From the IMG/VR virus record IMGVR_UViG_3300021514_000002, positions 256,001 through 320,000 of that record: 64,000 bases of DNA. One strand, 5' to 3'. This stretch comes from a virus. Taxonomy: Duplodnaviria > Caudoviricetes. A program made the position numbers and the translations under genes. Shown piece by piece: positions 39,887 through 47,843 of the stretch. The first letter of the stretch is position 1, and each line of letters opens with the position of its first letter. Below the pieces are notes generated by a model. It was not told the DNA's origin and did no database searches. It saw nothing but the letters and a program-made list of their open reading frames with translations.

Positions 39887-40244
39887 CGTAGAAGCTGTTG
39901 ATTATATCAACCGTGCAAAACAAGCAATGACAAATGTAATGGAATTTTTTCTATTTGAACCGATAAATGATAATTTAATGGCACGAATGGAAACCGCCCT
40001 TGTTGGCGAATTAATTACCGAAATTGATATTGATTTTGGTGTTGATGTTAAATATGAAGACAATGATGTATGTGTGGTAGTTTCACTCGACGGAATTAAA
40101 GTTGATAAAGGAATTCTAGAAATTGAAGGACGTTATACAAACTGTCCAGCATTATTTGCGGAATTGGAAACGTTAGACGCTGCTATTGAGTTTACAGATA
40201 GTGAAAGTAATATCGCATTTGACAGGGCTATGGAAATAGTTTAA
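39879..40244 (+). CDS. 121-aa ORF with a tail-sheath-C-terminal-like segment, ending FDRAMEIV
   Basis: FFLFEPINDNL resembles sheath FVFEPNDQL; overlaps the previous stop codon. Confidence 0.8.
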   Translation: MNNVEAVDYINRAKQAMTNVMEFFLFEPINDNLMARMETALVGELITEIDIDFGVDVKYEDNDVCVVVSLDGIKVDKGILEIEGRYTNCPALFAELETLDAAIEFTDSESNIAFDRAMEIV

Positions 40245-40573
40245 TGAAATATTGGAGAGATTCAGAAGCCGAATATCTTGAATATGAAGAAGCTGGACGA
40301 ATACTACCGTATAAACATCCTGCTGCTATAGCAGCGTCTGAGGACATTCGTACAGAAGTAGAGATAATTCCTAATACTATGGAATTTCGTGACTACCTTG
40401 ATCCAACAACATTCGTTACTAGTTTACGGAAATGTGTTAAGGTAGAACGTAGGTTGTTTCGTTTTGGCAAAGACATGCTTGAACAAATTGCATGGATTCC
40501 ATTAGATATAATGGGTTACAAAGTACCACCTAATAAATTTGCGGCCTTTGAGCGCGCAATGGAGATTATATAA
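40244..40573 (+). CDS. 109-aa ORF with a possible major-capsid-like segment, ending FERAMEII
   Basis: TAATG coupling; IIP..M....LDPTTFVTSL versus capsid YIPLM....VNPTTFQPVVSL. Confidence 0.8.
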   Translation: MKYWRDSEAEYLEYEEAGRILPYKHPAAIAASEDIRTEVEIIPNTMEFRDYLDPTTFVTSLRKCVKVERRLFRFGKDMLEQIAWIPLDIMGYKVPPNKFAAFERAMEII

Positions 40574-40869
40574 TGAACAATGAAATAGAAATTTCAATGT
40601 TAGATTTTACGAATATGTCGAGTGAAGATACGCATGTATTAATTAACGTGAATATTGGGGCAATGCCTCCTAAACGAGCGTACGATTATCTTGTCAATAT
40701 CAAAACAACACTTCCACTATGTAAGATGTTGAATGAAAGAGGTATCACCTATTCCCTGATTGGTTGTAGATCTGATGGGGCTGGTAATATTGTAACAAGT
40801 ATCGAATCTAATGATAATATTGTTGATACAGAAAATACAAAGTTTGATGACGCAATGAATATTGTTTAA
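40573..40869 (+). CDS. 98-aa ORF with a portal-like segment, ending FDDAMNIV
   Basis: TAATG coupling; INVNIGAMPPKRAYDYLVNIK versus portal FYIDVGKMPPQRVKQYLEGIK. Confidence 0.8.
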   Translation: MNNEIEISMLDFTNMSSEDTHVLINVNIGAMPPKRAYDYLVNIKTTLPLCKMLNERGITYSLIGCRSDGAGNIVTSIESNDNIVDTENTKFDDAMNIV

Positions 40870-40915
40870 TTTTAACATATTTTAAGTTATTGATTTTGAT
40901 AATAAAAAATTAATT

Positions 40916-40967
40916 AAATATTCCTTATAGGTGGTATACTAAATATTACCAATTATAAGGAATATTT
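40916..40967 (+). promoter_or_regulatory. 14-bp inverted repeat enclosing an extended -10 promoter; right arm contains the ruvC RBS
   Basis: AAATATTCCTTATA (40916-40929) / TATAAGGAATATTT (40954-40967); TGgTATACT at 40932-40940. Confidence 0.65.
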
Positions 40968-40969
40968 CA

Positions 40970-41470
40970 GTGTCATTAAAAATACTTGGTATAGATCAAA
41001 GTTACAATTCGAGTGGACTAGTAGTTTTAAGCGATGATAATATCATACATTCAGAATGCTTTAAATCTAATAAAGAATCAAATCGTTTTGGACAAGCGCA
41101 CGAGGTTGCAATGTATATTGCATCTATAATAGATACATTCAATCCAGATGTTATTGCCATTGAAGGCTTGGCGTTCGGCATGAAAGGTAACGTCACCCGC
41201 GACTTAGGTGGTCTACAGTTTGTGATTATTTCGCACTTACAAGAAGTAAAGAAGCGCGAAGTAGTAATCGTTGCGCCGTTGACCGTAAAGAAACATGCGA
41301 CGGGTAATGGTAGGGCTAAAAAAGAAGAAATGATAGAAAGTTTACCCAAATATGCATCAGATATTTTTCTGGCATTAGGGGTGAAAAAAACAACTGGACT
41401 TGCAGATTTGGCAGATGCGTATTGGATCGCTAAAGTTGCAGAACAACTACATAAAGAAGAAAATAATTAA
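40970..41470 (+). CDS. ruvC: RuvC-like Holliday junction resolvase
   Basis: ILGIDQS, IAIEG, TVKKHATGNG.A.K, DLADAYWIA motifs. Confidence 0.9.
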   Translation: MSLKILGIDQSYNSSGLVVLSDDNIIHSECFKSNKESNRFGQAHEVAMYIASIIDTFNPDVIAIEGLAFGMKGNVTRDLGGLQFVIISHLQEVKKREVVIVAPLTVKKHATGNGRAKKEEMIESLPKYASDIFLALGVKKTTGLADLADAYWIAKVAEQLHKEENN

Positions 41471-41471
41471 T

Positions 41472-41678
41472 ATGGCCACATACGTATATAAATGTACAAA
41501 TAAAGAATGTGAAATACATAACATTGAATGGGAAGTAAAACAAAGTATGAAAGATGATGCTTTAACTACATGCCCAGAATGTGGGAAAGAGAGTTTGATT
41601 AAAGTAATATCCAGTGGTGGCGGATTCCGCATTGGTGGTCTAGGCGTACAAAAACCAACGGCGCACTGGGGCGATTGA
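41472..41678 (+). CDS. FmdB-family zinc-ribbon protein
   Basis: MATYVYKC....C...EV.QSMKDD.LT.CPECG...L.KVIS..GF; ATG 41472. Confidence 0.85.
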   Translation: MATYVYKCTNKECEIHNIEWEVKQSMKDDALTTCPECGKESLIKVISSGGGFRIGGLGVQKPTAHWGD

Positions 41679-41896
41679 TGCGCCATTGGAGCGAAGATAT
41701 TGTAACCATAACTTCCTCCAGTAATATAATATCCTTTTTTAATAAACATAAACACCAATTAGATCTCGAGGATGTAAAATTAATCGTTGACAAGTGCGAA
41801 GAATGTAGATTATACTTGAATGAACATAGTTGTTCGTATATAGAACAACACGAAGTTAATCCAAATATTCGTAAATATTTAGAAAAAATAAAGTAG
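41675..41896 (+). CDS. Small hypothetical protein
   Basis: Overlaps the FmdB stop codon (TGATG); 73 aa with C-x2-C. Confidence 0.5.
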   Translation: MMRHWSEDIVTITSSSNIISFFNKHKHQLDLEDVKLIVDKCEECRLYLNEHSCSYIEQHEVNPNIRKYLEKIK

Positions 41897-42309
41897 AAGT
41901 GACATACAAGTCCCATATTAGGACAATCTCATTGCCTGTCACCAATGAGTCGGTGTACGTTGCCCAATTTATCGAAAGACGTTGAGGCTAGTCCATCGTA
42001 AGATGTTAAAAACATTAAAAGGTAGAAGTTAAATACGCTACAGTATTCCAGACATCCCCCGTTATGGCTGTAGGCAGCTAGGTCCGCTTTACCCTTCAGC
42101 GACCGACCTTGGTTATTTTTTGACCTAAATGGGAAGGGACTGTTCTCTCAACTGTGTTGAGACTGTGTTTATATAAACAATAAATTATATATTAATAACA
42201 AGGGGGGGTTTATCCCCGAAGTTATTAATATATAATTTCCGTCAAGCGCAGCGATGGCGGCATTATTGTAACTATTGCTTTTTTCATTTTTTTGTGGTAA
42301 ACTTCGTAG
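41897..42309. other. Structured non-coding region (possible origin or ncRNA)
   Basis: Largest ORF-free gap in the window; several hairpins, a 14-bp palindrome (42166-42179) and an 18-bp perfect inverted repeat (42182-42199 / 42221-42238). Confidence 0.5.
42275..42303 (+). promoter_or_regulatory. sigma70-type promoter of the helicase
   Basis: TTGCTT, 17 bp spacer, TAAACT with extended TG. Confidence 0.55.
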
Positions 42310-43908
42310 ATGGATAATAAAAACAACATTTTAAATTACTGGCCAACGCCTGAATTCACACCCCGTACTAATCAAGTCGCTGCACTTGAATGGATTACAA
42401 AACAAGAAGCCAAATACATTATACTTGAATTGCCCGTTGGCTCAGGTAAAAGCATACTTGGTCTTAACTTATCAAAATACCTTTCAAATGGACAAGGTAG
42501 CTCTTTCATATTAACCCCACAGCGTATTTTACAAGATCAATACGAACAAGATTTTCTAAGTAAAGGTAAGAGTTTCTTGGCATCGTTACATGGCAAAGGT
42601 AACTATAAATGCAAAAGCAAAAATACCTCTTGTAATATTGGTTCGTTAGTTAAACCCCGTTGTAACAACTGTCCCTTTGCAGATGCAAAAAAAGAAGCGA
42701 TTGATTCACATAACACCGTACTTAATTACAAATTGGCATTAACTTCTTTTTCATATACAGAAACTTTCAAAAAACGGAATCTAATGATTATGGATGAAGC
42801 CCATACATTAGAACGTCACTTAGTCGACTTCGATTCAGTTGACATATCATATGTCAGATGTAAACGATACGATATAAATTTTCAAGTACATACGTCACTT
42901 GAATCTGCGATGGCGTGGGTTAAAGACGCATATTTACCAAGAATTGAATCTATTTTTAATGACATGGAAGAAGAAAACGAATACCTATATGAAAAGGCGG
43001 GTACTGATATTACGCGCAAAGAACTCAATAAATTGAAAGAACTAGACGAGCTAGGTGATCACGTAAGTGAAGTACTATTGATGTCAGCCCGTACTACTGA
43101 ATACCTAAATGAAAACTTTGTGTTGGTTTGGGATAAAACAATGTTCAAATTTAAACGCCTCAAAGGATCTTATTCATTCAGAAAAATATTAGAACCTATG
43201 GCTAATAAGTTCTTGTTTATGTCTTCAACTATTTTGAATAAGAATACATTTTGTCATGACCTTGGTATTAATCCTAAAGATACAGCTTTCTTATCATTAC
43301 CTTCCGATTTTCCTGTCGAAAACAGACCGATTTATTATATGCCTGTCATGAAAATGAATGCATCGTGGAATAAACCAGAAAATGTCAATAATCGTAAACT
43401 GATGCTTTCACGTATTAAAGATTTATTAGAAATTCATAAAGACGAATCAGGTATTATACATACTGCTAATTATCAAATTGCTATTTGGTTAGTGAAGGAA
43501 CTTACTGGAAAAATCACCCATGATATCCATCACCATAATCCAGATGAAGATATTAATCGCAATAGTGCCATTGGTAATTTTATTGAATCTGATAGACCTT
43601 CAATTTTAATTAGCCCTTCTTCTACAGAAGGACTAGATCTCAAAGATTCTCTTGCAAGATTTGCCATTACGGTAAAAGTACCATTTGGGTACCTTGGTGA
43701 TCAATGGATTAAGCGTCGTATGGAAATGTCAAATGAATGGTATCGCCGCCGAGCCATTACGGATATTATTCAGGGGGGTGGTCGTATTGTTCGTAGCGCA
43801 GAAGATGAAGGTACGGTATACATATTAGATGGTAGTTTTGCATATTTGTACTCCCAATCAATGGCAATGGTACCACAGTGGTGGAAAGACTCATATAACG
43901 TATTGTAA
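42310..43908 (+). CDS. DinG/Rad3-family SF2 helicase
   Basis: ELPVGSGKS (Walker A), four-Cys cluster (C..C..C..C, probable Fe-S), IMDEAH, Q..GRIVRS..D.G.V.ILD motifs. Confidence 0.92.
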   Translation: MDNKNNILNYWPTPEFTPRTNQVAALEWITKQEAKYIILELPVGSGKSILGLNLSKYLSNGQGSSFILTPQRILQDQYEQDFLSKGKSFLASLHGKGNYKCKSKNTSCNIGSLVKPRCNNCPFADAKKEAIDSHNTVLNYKLALTSFSYTETFKKRNLMIMDEAHTLERHLVDFDSVDISYVRCKRYDINFQVHTSLESAMAWVKDAYLPRIESIFNDMEEENEYLYEKAGTDITRKELNKLKELDELGDHVSEVLLMSARTTEYLNENFVLVWDKTMFKFKRLKGSYSFRKILEPMANKFLFMSSTILNKNTFCHDLGINPKDTAFLSLPSDFPVENRPIYYMPVMKMNASWNKPENVNNRKLMLSRIKDLLEIHKDESGIIHTANYQIAIWLVKELTGKITHDIHHHNPDEDINRNSAIGNFIESDRPSILISPSSTEGLDLKDSLARFAITVKVPFGYLGDQWIKRRMEMSNEWYRRRAITDIIQGGGRIVRSAEDEGTVYILDGSFAYLYSQSMAMVPQWWKDSYNVL

Positions 43909-43947
43909 GTTATTGATTATATTAGTTAAATATTATAACCTAATTGC

Positions 43948-43976
43948 TTGACTTTTGTAACCTAATTTGTTATAGT
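43948..43976 (+). promoter_or_regulatory. sigma70 promoter
   Basis: TTGACT (43948-43953), 17 bp spacer, TGnTATAGT (-10 at 43971-43976). Confidence 0.75.
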
Positions 43977-44007
43977 AAGTTTAATATATTAATTAAGGAT
44001 ATACACG

Positions 44008-44427
44008 ATGTTAACTAAAATCATGAACCTCATATCATATTGTATAGTTATTGGTTTTGGGTTTATATTACTTAGTCCCTCTATACCATTTTGGGAAACA
44101 TTCATCGGCGCATTAAGATTTGTAGTTTGGGGTTTGCCTTTTGAAATTATAGCAAATCCGTTCGCGATATGGATGGACACGCTTGGAAGTGCACAAAGCA
44201 CCCTTGGTTTGTTTATTTCTTTTGCATTTCTTGCTACATATTATCTTGGCTGTTTTGTTGCTTTCACATCGTGGGTACATGTCCCAGACGCACCACCATC
44301 AGACCCATTTTGGGATAATGAGTTTTATTGGTTATTGGGACTTAAGAGCACGAAAGAATTACAAGATGTAGAAGTTCAAGCGAATGCAATAGTTCACGCA
44401 ATGAACAAACAGAAACGAACACAATAA
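44008..44427 (+). CDS. Multi-pass membrane protein
   Basis: Three hydrophobic segments; has its own promoter and terminator. Confidence 0.7.
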   Translation: MLTKIMNLISYCIVIGFGFILLSPSIPFWETFIGALRFVVWGLPFEIIANPFAIWMDTLGSAQSTLGLFISFAFLATYYLGCFVAFTSWVHVPDAPPSDPFWDNEFYWLLGLKSTKELQDVEVQANAIVHAMNKQKRTQ

Positions 44428-44453
44428 AAAAGGGGGCATTGCCCCCTTTTTTT
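44426..44453. terminator. Bidirectional intrinsic terminator
   Basis: AAAAAAGGGGGC-ATT-GCCCCCTTTTTTT between convergent genes. Confidence 0.9.
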
Positions 44454-44472
44454 CACCTTATTATCATTAAAA

Positions 44473-44664
44473 TTAGTAGGTAGGATTTGGTGACTTACTT
44501 TCCAAGTCTAGTCTATTTTTTAAGAACTCTGAGACTAATTGACGTTCAGCATATGACATGGTTAAAAGGATACTTTCATACGACATCCCGCCTCGCATAA
44601 AATAAGTCATATCAATGATATTATTAATTAACATTTTTGCTTCATCTTGTAATGTTAAAAACAT
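44473..44664 (-). CDS. Small baseplate-hub assembly protein (gp51-like position)
   Basis: YFMRGGMSYESIL.MSYAERQLV..FL..R motif directly after the gp26-like gene; ATG 44664 with AGGA RBS. Confidence 0.6.
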   Translation of the reverse strand: MFLTLQDEAKMLINNIIDMTYFMRGGMSYESILLTMSYAERQLVSEFLKNRLDLESKSPNPTY

Positions 44665-44699
44665 ATGTTGAATATCCTTCACTGAACCTGATTTTAATG

Positions 44700-45560
44700 T
44701 TACATAAAATAAGATAAGGGATTTATCGGCGCGGTAACTTTCATCTTCTTACCACAATCTTTACACTTTGTTTCGTATACGAAATCAGGACCCCAGTCAC
44801 TTGTTTTTTCTATAGCTTCTGACAATTTAGTCATCCAACCAGCAGAAATAGTAGTCAACCATTCTTTGATCATGTCCTTATTATCAATATTATCTACTGA
44901 ACTAATTACACTCATTATTGTATCAACAATACTCGCGGTTTCTTCTTCTGGGGTAAGATTAGCGCTTGGATCATAGCTTTGCATCATTTTAATAACATCT
45001 TTAAATCTTGGTGGATGCATTTTTATTACTTGATCGTTGGGGAGTTTGGTAGTATACATTTTTCCAATTGTTGTAGGATCTATACGTTTAGTGTTGTTGA
45101 TAAAATAATCAATACTAATACTATATTCTTGTGATTTTGCATCCTTACAATCATGTGTATATATTAATTGAAAAGTATCCCCGTATGTTATTTTTCTCAA
45201 GCACACCATAAGAAAATCTATATCTTTACTAAACAACTCCTTCGGTTTCATAATTTGTGGAATACATCGCTTGAATATTTGCTCAACCGCTTCACCTGAG
45301 AATAATAGATCTGGGGTTTTAAGTAATACTTCATCAAATGCGGTCATCGGATGTATGTGTACTTCACCGTCAACCACTGAAGCATCTAACTCATTATCTG
45401 TATAAAAAATCCCACCAGATGGCAATTTGAACGTAGAACCTGGCATGTGCACGCGCGCCAGAAGGGGATTAACTGTTTTTTGTGCCGTTTCAGGCAATAT
45501 TGTTTTCTTTATTTCATCTACCCTATTGTTTTCAGGTGATGAATTATCCATATTATCCAT
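44700..45560 (-). CDS. 26: Baseplate hub assembly chaperone (T4 gp26-like)
   Basis: FKLPSGG.FY, PMTAFDEVLL, DIDFLMV.LR..TYG, C..C motifs. Confidence 0.8.
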   Translation of the reverse strand: MDNMDNSSPENNRVDEIKKTILPETAQKTVNPLLARVHMPGSTFKLPSGGIFYTDNELDASVVDGEVHIHPMTAFDEVLLKTPDLLFSGEAVEQIFKRCIPQIMKPKELFSKDIDFLMVCLRKITYGDTFQLIYTHDCKDAKSQEYSISIDYFINNTKRIDPTTIGKMYTTKLPNDQVIKMHPPRFKDVIKMMQSYDPSANLTPEEETASIVDTIMSVISSVDNIDNKDMIKEWLTTISAGWMTKLSEAIEKTSDWGPDFVYETKCKDCGKKMKVTAPINPLSYFM

Positions 45561-45682
45561 TCTTTTCTCCTATGGTCGTATGTTTTTATATTTAGTTTAT
45601 ATGCATTATATTTATTATGGGGTTTTTCCGTATGGTATATAGGATAAATATAGAATAATAAGTATCTATTTAGGTTAAAATA

Positions 45683-47764
45683 ATGGCATTTAGTTCTGAA
45701 CAAAATGAAATTCTACAAGCATTAGCGGCTATGATTAAGCAATCAGCAGGTGTACGTGAACCCATTGTGGGCGTTGAAGCGCGTGCGGAAAAAGAAAACG
45801 CAGAAGCGAATAAGAAATTACTCGAAGCAAATAAACAATTAATCGCTGCCCTTAAGAAATATAAAAATGTAACAGAGTTATCCAATGATCAATTTGATGA
45901 AATTGCAAAGGCCGCAGATAAGGCAGGTGTTAAATTAGATGACTTAATTGACGCCACCACATTGACAGTTAAAAGTTTTGACGATTTGCAAGAAGAAACT
46001 GACGAACTTGCCGCTGCAATGGACAAGACAACAGATAAAACTAAGAAACACACAAAAACAGTACAGACCGCAATCAACATATGGGATCAACATTCTCAGA
46101 AAATAAAAGATTCATTTGGATTATTTGTTGAAGAAAATCGCATAATGAAAGAACGTGCTGCAAACGACGCAACATATGCTGATGCTGTGATAGGGTTGGG
46201 AATATCAATGAAAGAATGGTCAACTATTCTTGCTGATAATCGTGGCGTGCAACAAGCAATGGCATCTAGTGGTAGGGATTTTACAGAAGAACTATCAGCA
46301 GGTTCTGAACGTATGAGAAGTTTTAGTAAGGATAATGTTCAAGCCGCAAAAACTACGGCAGCACTTATGAAAGGTATTGCAGGATTCGGTGTATCGCAAA
46401 AAAATCTTGATGGCGCGCTTAATGAACAAATAAACATGTATGAAAAAAATTATAGAGTATTTGGAATAACAGCTGAAGCTTTTGCTGAATCCACCGCCGC
46501 TCTCGTTACAGATACTGATATTCGCAACAATCTTTCAATAATGGGCGAAAAGGAAAGAAAAGCATTTATTGTTGGTCTGCAAGCGCGCGAAGCCGAAAGA
46601 CTTGCAATGGGTTATACCGCAGAACAAGCACGTGAATTAACGAAAACTTTTGCGGCGTTGGCAGGCGAAACACCAAAAGAAAGAATGAAAAAGGCAGCTA
46701 AACAAAGAGCATTAGCAGGCGCATTGGGGATGGGCGAAGAAGGTGCTCGTTTGCAACAATTAATGGTTAATATTAATCAGTTACAAGGCAAAGAGCGTAC
46801 CGCAGCTTTAAAAGAAATTGAAGATATTCAACGTGGAATGGCGAATGCGTTACAAGTCAAAAAAGGCCAAGGTATTGCTAGTGAAATGTTCGCAACCGCA
46901 TTTGCAGATAAAGCAGGATTTCTCGAACTTGCCCGTACCCTTGAAACACGTTCAAAGGAAGGTCAAAAAATTGATAAAGCACAAATGGCAGCAACTGCGG
47001 CTGGTCGTGAAGTTCCATGGTTAATAGATAAAGGATTAACCGTTCTTAGTTGGATAGAAGGATATCAAGCAACATCGGTTGCCTTGCTTGGGACTATTGC
47101 CTTTGCACTTACAAAAGGCAAAATATTAAGTCTTATTTCCAATGTATTTAAAGGTGGCGGCGGTAAAGCAGCTGCTGCGGGAGCAGGCAAACTGGCATCA
47201 ATGGCAGGTGGCGCGAAAAGCGTTCTTGGTAGTGTTGTAGCAAAGGTTGCAGCACCTCTTGCAGGTGTTATCGCGGGCTATGAAAAATATGCAGAATTGA
47301 AAGACAAAAAAGAATTAACCGCAGGACAAAAAACTGCTCAAATTGGCACGACAGCAGTCGGTGGAACAGGCGGCGCATTAGCGGGTGCTGCGGCGGGTGC
47401 TGCTATTGGAACACTTGCGGGACCAATTGGCACAATTGTTGGTGGATTAATCGGCGGCGCTGTCGGGGCGTGGGGCGGCTCGGAAGCAGGTGCATCTATT
47501 GGGGAAGGTATTAGTGACTTAATGGCTAAACCTGAAACACAGCAAGCAGCAAAAGAAAAGATCGCCGCTGAACCTGCTGTTACAACAGAAATTTCTAAAA
47601 AAACCACAGACAATGATTCACTAGTTGCAACATTAAAAGAACTTATGAAATATATTAAAACTATCAACGAACAAAATAGCGAACAAGCCGCTGCTATGAG
47701 AGCATTGGCAGAAGTAATAAAAGACAATAAAAGGTTCGCAGTTAATAATAGATCAAGAGTTTAA
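45683..47764 (+). CDS. Tape measure protein
   Basis: 693 aa, Ala/Glu/Lys helical body with Gly/Ala-rich GGALAGAAAGAAIGT C-terminus; GATAAATA at 45643-45650. Confidence 0.75.
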   Translation: MAFSSEQNEILQALAAMIKQSAGVREPIVGVEARAEKENAEANKKLLEANKQLIAALKKYKNVTELSNDQFDEIAKAADKAGVKLDDLIDATTLTVKSFDDLQEETDELAAAMDKTTDKTKKHTKTVQTAINIWDQHSQKIKDSFGLFVEENRIMKERAANDATYADAVIGLGISMKEWSTILADNRGVQQAMASSGRDFTEELSAGSERMRSFSKDNVQAAKTTAALMKGIAGFGVSQKNLDGALNEQINMYEKNYRVFGITAEAFAESTAALVTDTDIRNNLSIMGEKERKAFIVGLQAREAERLAMGYTAEQARELTKTFAALAGETPKERMKKAAKQRALAGALGMGEEGARLQQLMVNINQLQGKERTAALKEIEDIQRGMANALQVKKGQGIASEMFATAFADKAGFLELARTLETRSKEGQKIDKAQMAATAAGREVPWLIDKGLTVLSWIEGYQATSVALLGTIAFALTKGKILSLISNVFKGGGGKAAAAGAGKLASMAGGAKSVLGSVVAKVAAPLAGVIAGYEKYAELKDKKELTAGQKTAQIGTTAVGGTGGALAGAAAGAAIGTLAGPIGTIVGGLIGGAVGAWGGSEAGASIGEGISDLMAKPETQQAAKEKIAAEPAVTTEISKKTTDNDSLVATLKELMKYIKTINEQNSEQAAAMRALAEVIKDNKRFAVNNRSRV

Positions 47765-47843
47765 TTAAACGCAAGGTTTGCTAAAAAATAGTCCTCATAA
47801 ATATAATTATAATAGTAAACATACACTAAGAAGAATTAATTTT

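Noticed and set aside
39707-40869. Mimic ORFs as mere pseudogene debris of duplicated structural genes
   Set aside because: Disfavoured though not excluded: the ORFs are intact and translationally coupled, derive from four different genes, diverge at the DNA level and share a common C-terminal motif.
41897-42309. tRNA, tmRNA or group I intron in the non-coding gap
   Set aside because: No cloverleaf with T-loop/anticodon arms, no CCA end, and it does not interrupt a gene; kept only as an unassigned structured region.
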